Part shown: piece after piece, positions 9,825-18,775 of the stretch
Layout: each line of letters starts with the position of its first letter
How positions within the stretch are numbered: the first letter of the stretch is position 1
Origin: an uncultured delta proteobacterium
GTDB taxonomy: Bacteria > Desulfobacterota > Desulfomonilia > UBA1062
NCBI GenBank assembly: GCA_963798485.1
Contig: CAWCTR010000032.1
Span: forward strand, 1 to 64,000
Direction: 5' to 3'
Length of the DNA: 64,000 nt
The notes under the pieces: generated by a model
Database searches by the model: none
What the model saw: the letters and a program-made list of their open reading frames with translations, nothing else
What the model was told of the DNA's origin: nothing
Translations under genes and position numbers: made by a program

Positions 9825-11120
9825 CTAGTCCTCATCATCAAGGTGCGCTATAGAGCCGTCACGCTTCTGGATTGATCTGTACAGACCTCGTGCAAGGATC
9901 AATGCGATGATGAATAGGAGAATGAGCGATACGAATACGACAATAATGCTCGACTTCTGCCACCGTTCAACCTTGAGCTGGATATCCTTAACCTTCTCCT
10001 CGCTCAGTTTGTGGTACTTGTCGATATCGACCATCATGCCGACCCAGCCGAACCCTTCAGGCTTGCTGTAGACAGAGCCGTAATAAGGGATGTGTGCATA
10101 CGCGATGAAGATCCTCTTGTTGTCGACCGTATAGGTGAATGACCCGGACTTCCCGGACACAGCCAGCGCATGAATCTTGGGGAGGTTCTCATCCATAAAG
10201 CCCATATTCAGGACATTCATGGCCCCGGCGCCTGTCTTGATCAACTCGTTATAATTCTTGTCATCCATAGTGGGCACAGGCTTCTTGTCAGGCCCAAGGC
10301 CGCCGATAAGGTATTGCGACGGATGGGCAAGGGCCGAGCCGTCCCGGCCTATAAGGAAGGTATAGTTGACATCATCAGCGTTCACCTTGGAAAAAACCAT
10401 ACCCGGCTCAGTGGGCACAATATGCCCGGTGAACTCCATGATATGGCTGAAGTCCAAGGCAAGTTCCACCACCCCTGCAAAACCGGTGGAATCGAAGACC
10501 GGCGCTGCTATACGGATGATTCCATCGAACTGCTTTCCTGCCTCAAACTCCTGTTTGGTCACGTGGTAACCAACAACATTGCCCATATAGATATCACCCG
10601 GGGCAAGCTGTTTTGCCTTCTGGAAATAATCTTCAGCCCCATATTCGCCATTGGCCGGATCAGACATATCCTTGAGCTTGTCTTTGGGCACAACACCATC
10701 AACAGTGACCTTCAAGGTTTCTTTCCCTGTCTTGTCAAGAAAGGCGATCTCTTTATAAACAGGCACTGGGATCTTCACAATACCTACATTCGAGGCCTGG
10801 ATAACGCCCCTGGTATTGGATTTCAGAAATGTGTTATACGATTGTTCGTCCCTCGGGAGGATAGTTGCTATTCTTATATCCTTCTCCCTGTCAGTGAGAA
10901 ACTGGGCTATCGCATCACCCACATTCTGCGCCCTACCCGCAATGGATAGCTTCTGATTATCGTCGAGAATTCGCAAGTTTGCCTGCGTTGCCTCCTCCCC
11001 TACCTTAATAACTCCCTTGCTGATGATAACGCCGGTTATGGTAAGGGGAAGCACAATGAGAATAAAAAAACTTATTGCAATACTGGCAAAACTGAAATTC
11101 TTTTTTGCTCCCTGTTCCAT
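9825..11120 (-). CDS. Two-TM Cache-domain sensor-like protein with no cytoplasmic output domain
   Basis: TM1, periplasmic 'YKEIAFLD..GKE', 'YFQKAK', 'IRIAAPVF..GVV' Cache-like motifs, TM2 and a ~20-aa tail. Confidence 0.7.
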   Translation of the reverse strand: MEQGAKKNFSFASIAISFFILIVLPLTITGVIISKGVIKVGEEATQANLRILDDNQKLSIAGRAQNVGDAIAQFLTDREKDIRIATILPRDEQSYNTFLKSNTRGVIQASNVGIVKIPVPVYKEIAFLDKTGKETLKVTVDGVVPKDKLKDMSDPANGEYGAEDYFQKAKQLAPGDIYMGNVVGYHVTKQEFEAGKQFDGIIRIAAPVFDSTGFAGVVELALDFSHIMEFTGHIVPTEPGMVFSKVNADDVNYTFLIGRDGSALAHPSQYLIGGLGPDKKPVPTMDDKNYNELIKTGAGAMNVLNMGFMDENLPKIHALAVSGKSGSFTYTVDNKRIFIAYAHIPYYGSVYSKPEGFGWVGMMVDIDKYHKLSEEKVKDIQLKVERWQKSSIIVVFVSLILLFIIALILARGLYRSIQKRDGSIAHLDDED

Positions 11121-11305
11121 ATCAATCTCCTGATCGTGCTATACGAACTTAAAAAGCGTCTCGATAACACTGCAACCTCACGGTTCACAAAACGAATTCC
11201 ACCCGCCCCCTGCAAACCAGGCATGGACGACCCGCACTATACTACAAAAATAATGGGCCGATTCCGAGTGCCTGAATTCTTCCAAAGGGATCAACCTTTC
11301 ACAAG

Positions 11306-11674
11306 CTAACCAAGAATGACGGCTTTGAATGGATTGGCGTACAGGATGATGAGCGAAATAACCAGTGCGTAGATTGCAATGGATTCAATCATGGCAAGAC
11401 CGACCATGAGGGTGAGCATGATCTTGCCCTGTGCATCAGGGTTACGACCAACTGCCTCGGTTGCACCTGCCAATGCGGTACCCATTCCTGAACCGGCCCC
11501 TGTTGCACCGATACCCATGCACAGACCTGCGGCAATGATGGATGCAGCAACAAAGATAACCTTGGCCCAATCAACAAAAACCGGCTGTGCCTGTGCTGCG
11601 TCTGCAGCAAAAGCGATACTGGATACAACTAAGGTCATCATTGCAACAAATACAAAGGTCATTAATCTGCTCAT
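11306..11674 (-). CDS. atpE: F0F1 ATP synthase subunit c
   Basis: GxGxGxG helix, RNP loop, essential Glu in AMIESIAIY; N-terminal signal-like extension. Confidence 0.92.
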   Translation of the reverse strand: MSRLMTFVFVAMMTLVVSSIAFAADAAQAQPVFVDWAKVIFVAASIIAAGLCMGIGATGAGSGMGTALAGATEAVGRNPDAQGKIMLTLMVGLAMIESIAIYALVISLIILYANPFKAVILG

Positions 11675-11720
11675 CGCACACTCCTTAGAGTTTTTTATTC
11701 ATGAATTCAGAGAATTATTC

Positions 11721-11734
11721 TGAATCATGATTCA
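11721..11734. promoter_or_regulatory. Perfect 14-bp palindrome, possible operator in the divergent atpE/pit region
   Basis: TGAATCATGATTCA is its own reverse complement and overlaps a larger imperfect inverted repeat at 11699-11730. Confidence 0.4.
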
Positions 11735-11984
11735 TTTAATACACTATTGGGGGTGTCTATGCAAGCAAAAAGTTGCACTGAATGACTCCTCGTTCATGAA
11801 AAAACGGGGTGCGATCTCGTTTGTATCACCGCTCCAGGAGAACCTCCAAGGTGTCCGGGTTGACCCAATTTCATCAATCACCGATTCATAATCTATGCGG
11901 TTTTCCTTAACCTCACCGGACCTTGCAAAGGTTCTTGTCCTTAAGGGGTAGCCTTATGGGTTCATTTTCAGGTATCATGCCTGC

Positions 11985-13019
11985 ATGGGCACCATGGAAG
12001 TGGCATATTTAACCATAGGCCTGGGGTTGTTCTTCAACTTCAGTAACGGATTTCACGATGCATCCAATATTGTAACCACCATTGTTTCATCCAGGTCCAT
12101 GACCATACGAAGCGCACTCATCATGACCGCCCTGCTCGTATTCCTCGGATCTCTCATCGTTGGCACCGCCGTAGCAAAAACCATTGGGCAGGGGATCGTC
12201 GGCATAGACTCCATGACCATCACGGGTATCATCGCAGCCATCACGGCCGCCACCCTCTGGAATATCCTCACCTGGGTCATCGGACTTCCCTCGTCCTCTT
12301 CCCATGCCATTATCGGGGGACTTATGGGGGCGGCGTTACAGATCTCAGGGGTGAATTCCATCCAATGGATGAGCGTGCTGCTCATATTCGGGGTAATCTT
12401 GATCTCGCCGCTCCTTGGCTTCATAAGCGCATTCAACCTCACCAAGTTGAACTTCCGCCTCTTCCGGCATGTCCACCCGGTAGTGGCAACGCGCATGCTC
12501 AAGAGACTCCAGATAATCTCCGCAGCCATGCTCGCCATTTCCCATGGGACGAACGATGCACAAAAGGCCATGGGGCTCATTACCCTGAGCCTGCTCGTAC
12601 TGTTCCGATACGACCCTGCAACCATGGCACACTTTTATACCCCGGGCACCGGGGGGGCCTTCGTGGTCCCAATATGGGTCATCCTTGCCTGCTCGCTGGC
12701 CCTCTCACTGGGCATGCTGACAGGTGGAAAACGAATCATAAAGACCATGGGCATGAAGCTCTTCAAGATAAAACCGATCCATGGTTTCGGGGCCATGCTG
12801 TCCACTTCACTGGTAGTGTTTATCTGCTCACTTTTCGGGTTTCCCGTGAGCACCACGCATATCGCCTCATCAGGTATTGTAGGAGGGGGGGCGGCACAGC
12901 GCCTCGGTATTGTCCGGTGGGGACTTGCCAAAGAGCTCCTGTTCACCTGGATTTTTACCATTCCCGCATCCGGCGGCCTGGCATATTTGCTGTCGCTGGT
13001 ACTGAAACACGTTTTTTAA
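11985..13019 (+). CDS. PiT-family inorganic phosphate transporter
   Basis: NGFHDASN, GLPSSSSHA, HGTNDAQK and PVSTTH motifs. Confidence 0.93.
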   Translation: MGTMEVAYLTIGLGLFFNFSNGFHDASNIVTTIVSSRSMTIRSALIMTALLVFLGSLIVGTAVAKTIGQGIVGIDSMTITGIIAAITAATLWNILTWVIGLPSSSSHAIIGGLMGAALQISGVNSIQWMSVLLIFGVILISPLLGFISAFNLTKLNFRLFRHVHPVVATRMLKRLQIISAAMLAISHGTNDAQKAMGLITLSLLVLFRYDPATMAHFYTPGTGGAFVVPIWVILACSLALSLGMLTGGKRIIKTMGMKLFKIKPIHGFGAMLSTSLVVFICSLFGFPVSTTHIASSGIVGGGAAQRLGIVRWGLAKELLFTWIFTIPASGGLAYLLSLVLKHVF

Positions 13020-13254
13020 TTGTCCATTATTAAGCGACCAGCTTAAGCCTCATACCAGCAGACACAACCACCATAACAGGCCTGAGCTTTTCATAGATCT
13101 TCTACCAAACAGGTTACGAGGTTGTTCGCTAACTTCCCCCCTAGGCAAAACAAGACCCCCCCCTTATTTCTCCTTAATAATAAAGGACCTAATGCAATCT
13201 CTCCTGAGTCATCACATTACCATGGCATGAGCTCGTGCTAAATTTAGATGTGGT

Positions 13255-14927
13255 TTATTGGGGGCTTACAAATGGACCAACAAGTAAAAACCAGCCTGGG
13301 TCATCTGAATCTACCCCTGTTGTAGATCCAAGCCAGCCATTATTTCCATAACTGGTGGAGTCATTGACAACTTGCTGACCGCTGGTTTCGTTTAGGGGCC
13401 AATAAGCGACAAGGCCCGTTTCACTGCCGGTCAAAGTCGAATTCATGTCAGACTCGATCTCGCTTGCATTCCTAGCCGTGTTCCATATACCTACATTCAT
13501 TAGGTCACCTTCAAAATAATAATTCCAACCTGTTCTATCCTGGCAGCCAAGGGTCAAAATCAATGAATTGCCTATAGATGGGGTCCCTGGGGCGCTTCCA
13601 GCTTCAGTTCCATTGACATATATAATCAAGTTCGAACCGTCGTAGGTCCCCGCTACATAGTACCATGTATTGGTTTGTAAAGATAATCCAGTACAATAGG
13701 CATAGACTTGGTCCACTCCATTTTCACCGATATAAAAATAGAATCCATCACCGTTCTGAGAAAGGTAATATGAACCTTGTGCACCGTCACTCCCCTTTGC
13801 AATCAGCATTTGATTGTTGTCATAAACGATAGTAGCCAGATTTACCCACAACTCAATCGTAATCCGAGATGGGTTCAGAGATGTACTATTGGGTACCTCC
13901 ACACGATCACCATTTCCGAAATCCAAACATGTATTCTGGGGCAGTACAGTAATTTTACGAGATGCGGAGCTCTTGCACCTTCGCATCAGAGACCTGGAAG
14001 GTAACAGTGTAAGTGCCTGCCGTCTTGAAAGTAACAGTGCCCGGGTTTTGAACCGATGAGTTTGTGGCCCCTCCGCCGAAGTTCCATGCATAAGTATACG
14101 GTGAGGTGCCCCCAGTCACTGTTCCCTGGAAATTATCGGATTCACCTAGAGGGATTGTAACATTAGTAGTCGGGGAGGTAATGGCAGCAGCTATTCCTCC
14201 TGGAGAATTTATGTTGACTACTACCGATGCAATGCTCGATTTATTATTCGAATCCGTTACTGTAAAGGCCACTGTATAGCTACCTGGAGTACTGAATGTT
14301 ACATTACCAGGGCTTTGAACTGAAGAATTCGTTGCTCCTCCTCCGAAGCTCCAACTATATGTATAAGGTGCTGTGCCCCCACTGGCTGATCTCTGGAAAA
14401 TGACCGATTGACCGACGGTTATCGTTTGATTGCCTGTCGGCGAACTGATTACTGCAGTAAGAGATATAACAGAATCAAGAGGAAACGTCCCGATATTGGT
14501 ATTCTGACCGGCAACGATAGTTATGCCTGTTTTTGTTCTCTGATATAGACCTGTCCCATTGGCATCTTTTGCTGTTACAATGATCTTATACCCCGATCCT
14601 TCCGGTATATTATCCACCATACCCGTGTGGTCAGAGCATGACCAAGATTCTGATGTAACGGTTGTGCCGCTACCATCAGTAAAAGTTGCAGCAACGTTGC
14701 CACACCTAGTGAAGCGCAATCCACATTCGTAATAGAAGATGCTTCAGGTGGTATGCCATTTTGTTTCATTGATGCATTAGCAGGCGATTGAATGCTGAAG
14801 GAGACCGAACCTACCTTTGGGGAGTCATTTGATGATTTCTCTGTGCACCCTGAAGGCACGGGAAGAAACAGATGGTTATCACGAAGAAAACAACTTCCAA
14901 ATACTTATACCAGGTCAGCTGTTTCAT
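13255..14927 (-). pseudogene. Frameshifted lipoprotein: N-terminal domain + 2 PKD repeats + LamG/concanavalin-like domain (copy A)
   Basis: Four ORF pieces join into one protein (lipobox LQG|C; GGTAPYTYSWSFGGG...PGSYTVAFTVTD; ITIELWV...WYYVAGTYDG...GLVAYWPLNE). Frame breaks near 14848, 14695 and 13980. Confidence 0.8.
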
Positions 14928-15000
14928 AATAACCCCCATTCTCTCTATGAACAACAACTTACTACCCCCAAGCATGCTACAGTGTATTAGCATATAGATA

Positions 15001-15085
15001 AGTTCATTGTTTTCAGCCCCGAGATCATTATCAAGTTTATCAAATGCTTTATTAACCCAGCAGTTATTGCTTTTCCAAACTTTCC
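15001..15085 (-). pseudogene. Remnant of an LPP20-like lipoprotein 3' end
   Basis: Minus strand reads ...KAITA|VNKAFDKLDNDL, matching KAVIERADKAFEELDNEI (22445 gene) and EAIIDRADKAFEYFDKNI (16810 gene). Confidence 0.55.
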
Positions 15086-15130
15086 TAAAATAACATACCC
15101 GATGTGATTATATCTCCATAAAGAGTTGTC

Positions 15131-16741
15131 CTAATTTGAGTAGAGAGTAACATTGTCATACCATACAGTCGGGTTATTACCATGTCCTGCGTTTATGCTG
15201 ATTCCTGTAGGCATGCCACTGTCCATGATCTGATTACTTGAGCCACGAAGCACTCCGTTTATATAGACAGTAAACGTACGAGCTGTAAGATCGACAACCG
15301 TCTTTACCAAATACCAGGTCTGTGCCGAATATGGCATGAGTAATATATTTTTTGACACATCGGAATATGACTGTACTGCATAGATATTTCCATCGTTATT
15401 GAATGAAACCCCCCCAAATCCTGTCCCCCAACTCCCTATAGATGGGTTAAAAAGCGCAGGTATTGCAAAGTCTGGCGTACAACCACCACTCACTATAGAA
15501 TCAATAAATATATTATATTCAAAAATTACACTCGCTGGGATATTAATAGTATTAAATATTTGGGCTCCCCAACAGCTTGATCCTTCGAGATGTAATGACT
15601 GACTTCCTGATACTGAATGTGTGTTGTCTATATACTGATATGATGTACCTGCACCATTATAGATGATCTGCCAACCTCCTGAGCTTGGGAACGTACCTAG
15701 AGCATAAGAATCAAAATTATCGCTGAAGATTAAAGAGCTGTTGAGTTTGAACAGTAATAGTAACAGAAGCACTGTTTGTGTTACTATTTGTATTGTAACT
15801 GTAAATGTCACGGTATAGCTTTTGGTGCTACTGAAAGTCACATTGCTTGGGTTTTGAACTGATGAGTTTGTGGTTTCTCTGCTAAAGTTTCACTGATAGG
15901 TGTATGGAGCAGTGTTGCTTGTGGTTGACTTTTGGAAGTTCACTGACTGACTTGCAGTGATAGTAACATTCGTGTTGGGGAGGTAATGGCAGCAGCTATT
16001 CCTCTTGGAGAATTCACGTTGTTTACTACTGATGCACTGCTCGATTTATTACTCGAATCTGTAACTGTAAAGGTCACGGTATAGCTTTTGGTGTGTGCTG
16101 AATGTCACATTGTTAGGGTTTTGAACTGAAGAGTTCGAAGACTCTCTACTAAAGCTCTATGCATAAGTATACGGTGCATTGCTCTCAGTCACTGTTCTTT
16201 GGAAATTAATCGTTTGACTAGTGGTTATCGTTTGATTTCTTGTAGGTGAACTGATTACTGCAGCAAGGGAATTTATAGGATCAAGTGGAACTTCTCTGAT
16301 GTTGGTATTCTGACTGGCAACGATCGTTATGTCTGTTTTTGTTCTCTGATATAAAGCTGTCTCATTGGCATCTTCTGCTGTTACAATGATCTGATACCCT
16401 GACTCCTCCTGTATATTGTCTACAGTACTCGTATGGGCAGAGCATGACTATGATCCAGTTTCAAGGGATGTTGTACCGGTACTATCAGTAAATTTTGCAG
16501 CAACTGTTGCCACACCCAGTGAAGTGCAGTCTATACTTGTTATGGAAGATGCGTCACGTTGGATGCCGGATTGTTTCTTTGATGCATCAGCAGGCCATTT
16601 GATGCTGAAAGAGGCTGAACCTACTCTCTCCGCATACTGCGATGAAGTATCATTCCCACCGCACCCCTGGATGCATAAACAGATACAGATAGCTACGATA
16701 AGAAAGGTAACACAATCCTTATGTTGGATCAGCTTACCCAT
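15131..16741 (-). pseudogene. Hypermutated paralogous lipoprotein: N-terminal domain + 2 PKD repeats + a different beta-sandwich C-terminal domain (copy B)
   Basis: Lipobox IQGC; aligns to copy A. Trp codons read TAG/TGA (16448-16450, 16157-16159, 15890-15892), Gly codons are replaced, and there are frameshifts. Confidence 0.85.
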
Positions 16742-16809
16742 ATTGGCTCTCCTCATAATCAGCTTTGACCACCACCAGCCATCTACATGCCAGCTATAAG
16801 TATATAATT

Positions 16810-17397
16810 TTATTTTGTTTGGTTCTCGATATTCTTATCGAAATATTCAAAGGCCTTATCAGCCCGATCTATAATTGCCTCCTTCAACCCTTCCGAGAAG
16901 TCCCCCCTATAGATGCTTTCCTTGAACTTCTCTGCATGCAAAGCGACCAGGACATAGTAGGTGCCGTTATCGCTTACCCATGAATCCACCATTTCTGTTC
17001 CCGATAGATTCATATCGGATACCTGTTTTGAAATGATCTCAATATGCTGCTCATCGACTGCATCGGTTCCGAAATGATCTTTCCCGGTGGTGGTAGCTTG
17101 GTAATCCTTCAGCAGAGAAGTGATTGTGACCTGGATCTTTCTGGCAATATCCGCACGTGCCGGAGCAGGGCAGATTCGCGGGCAATTCAGGGTTTTGGAC
17201 TCCTCCAACGCCCCAACACCGCAGATCACCTTGTCGGCCTCATCCGTCTTCCAGTAGGAGCTGCACCCCCTGGTAACCCAATCGGGCGCACCCTTATATT
17301 CCTGCAGCATAACCTTCTCGGGCGACGGTGGTATCTTCGGCCCGCAACCGAGGAGAACGGCACCGGCACAGAGGGCAATGATACCTACCTTTACCAT
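16810..17397 (-). CDS. LPP20-like lipoprotein (short internal frame-scrambled segment)
   Basis: Lipobox LLGC, GAPDWV, ARADIAR...LSGTEMVDSW; paralog of 22445-23056. Confidence 0.75.
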   Translation of the reverse strand: MVKVGIIALCAGAVLLGCGPKIPPSPEKVMLQEYKGAPDWVTRGCSSYWKTDEADKVICGVGALEESKTLNCPRICPAPARADIARKIQVTITSLLKDYQATTTGKDHFGTDAVDEQHIEIISKQVSDMNLSGTEMVDSWVSDNGTYYVLVALHAEKFKESIYRGDFSEGLKEAIIDRADKAFEYFDKNIENQTK

Positions 17398-17495
17398 GTT
17401 AAATGATCTGTTTATCCCCATGGGATCAGCCCTGCAACAAAGGTAGGCCATCTCACAGCCCACCGAGTCTGATGCATTATTGTCCTTTCAAGATC

Positions 17496-17825
17496 CTACC
17501 ATGTTAAGGTTGCGCTTCCGGTATGCCCAGTGTTCTGGTTGCTGCCGCCTCCACCGCTGCCTCCACCACCGCCACCGGCAGCGGCTGCAATCCCTCCGAC
17601 CAGGACAAGCAGACCAAGAGTCCACCAGAGCCATCTATGCCCTGATTTTTCACCGATCTCAGGCGAGGTGTGGACCTCAGGGGTATGTTTCGTTATGCTC
17701 GTCGTCGGCTGGGCCGTTTCGTCGGCAAAGATCACCGCGGGCATGAAGAATATGATGGTTGTGAAGATAAGAAACAGGGTCAGCACGTTTCTTCCTAGTC
17801 TCATAAAACCTCTCCCTGAGAGCAT
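17496..17825 (-). CDS. Small exported/membrane protein with Gly-rich tail
   Basis: Signal peptide, WLWWTLG hydrophobic helix, poly-Gly and C-terminal LTW. Confidence 0.65.
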   Translation of the reverse strand: MLSGRGFMRLGRNVLTLFLIFTTIIFFMPAVIFADETAQPTTSITKHTPEVHTSPEIGEKSGHRWLWWTLGLLVLVGGIAAAAGGGGGGSGGGGSNQNTGHTGSATLTW

Positions 17826-17844
17826 ATTAGTTTATCTATAAAAT

Positions 17845-18743
17845 TTACTTTGTTATTTTGTAAGTGAGATCGGCTTCTTCCATCTCATTCCTTGGCAGCG
17901 TGATGATATAGTTCAGAAGGTCATGCAAGGCCAGTTCGTAGGTCCCATATTGGGACTGGCTGCACAGACTTTCAAAGGAAGATTCCTTCTTTGTCGAAAG
18001 GATTTTGATCACACCCATGTCGATACTCTTCCCGTTCGGGAGAATCGCCGGGATGGTTATGCCCATTTTTTCCTGGTTATTGCTGGGGAATTCAAAATTC
18101 TGGCCCTTCCTCACGAAATTATCCCCACAGTATTTGTTGGGAAAAAGGACATAAACCACATTATCCGATATGTCCAAGACGGTAAGGTAACAGTCCTGTG
18201 TGGATATCAGCTTAATGCGCAGTGTGTCGCCCACTTTGTACACATCCCGGTTCAGGGAAGCCTTGATGGAGAAATACGGGTCTTTCTGACCTTTCTGCGT
18301 GCCGATCTTAACCCTCAGCCTTACGACCTTCTCGACATTCTCACCATCATTGACCACCTTCTCGTCGACGATCACCTTGTCCAAGATCACCCCATTTGTC
18401 GTCAAGCTGGTCAATGAAAGAAAATCGTTTTGGATTACCTGGTGGTTGCTTTCCACCTGCACATCAAGGTTTCTCTGAGATACTTCAAAACCACTGTACT
18501 GAATGGCCTTTATGCAGGCATTGATGATGGCTTTTCTTTTGGCCTTTTCGGGGGTAATATTCGCTTTGCTTGCCTGCCAACTGCCTCCACCCATCCTCCT
18601 CCGATGGGTTTTACGTTCTCTTCCTTGACAAAACCGTTTTTTCTGGGGGCATTGTTGTTTTTGGGAACCACGCCTTTATCGTAAGCGCAACCTATCGCAA
18701 TCATCAAAAAGATCGCTAAAAATATTGCTCTATACTTTCTCAT
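17845..18743 (-). pseudogene. DUF4384-like lipoprotein split by a single frameshift near 18577
   Basis: 5' piece has lipobox AIGC...WVEAVG; 3' piece has QASKANITPEKAK and 'YKVGD.LRI...DCYLTVLDI...VYVLFPN'. Confidence 0.7.
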
Positions 18744-18775
18744 GTTAAACTTCAGCAAAACAAGCTCAGGGCTGA

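Noticed and set aside
11306-11674. Na+-specific c subunit
   Set aside because: It has ES..Y but lacks the Gln of the canonical Na+ motif in helix 1 (GSGMG), so ion specificity cannot be called.
15131-15841. ORF-track 236-aa protein with an apparent hydrophobic signal (VLLLLLLF)
   Set aside because: The hydrophobic stretch is an out-of-frame reading of the end of a PKD repeat; the ORF is the 3' piece of the pseudogene.
15698-16396. UV signature or simple AT drift as cause of the CC loss
   Set aside because: GG (CC on the other strand) remains abundant and most TC/CT cytosines are kept, so the effect is one-stranded and CC-specific. A technical artefact is not excluded.
14040-16450. Diversity-generating retroelement TR/VR pair
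   Set aside because: The differences are G>A on the coding strand restricted to GG context, with the G-containing copy matching the PKD consensus. A DGR gives A>N changes, and no reverse transcriptase or Avd is visible in the window.
17541-17590. GCC/CCA-rich microsatellite-like tract (also 41915-41995)
   Set aside because: Explained by poly-Gly coding with mixed codons.
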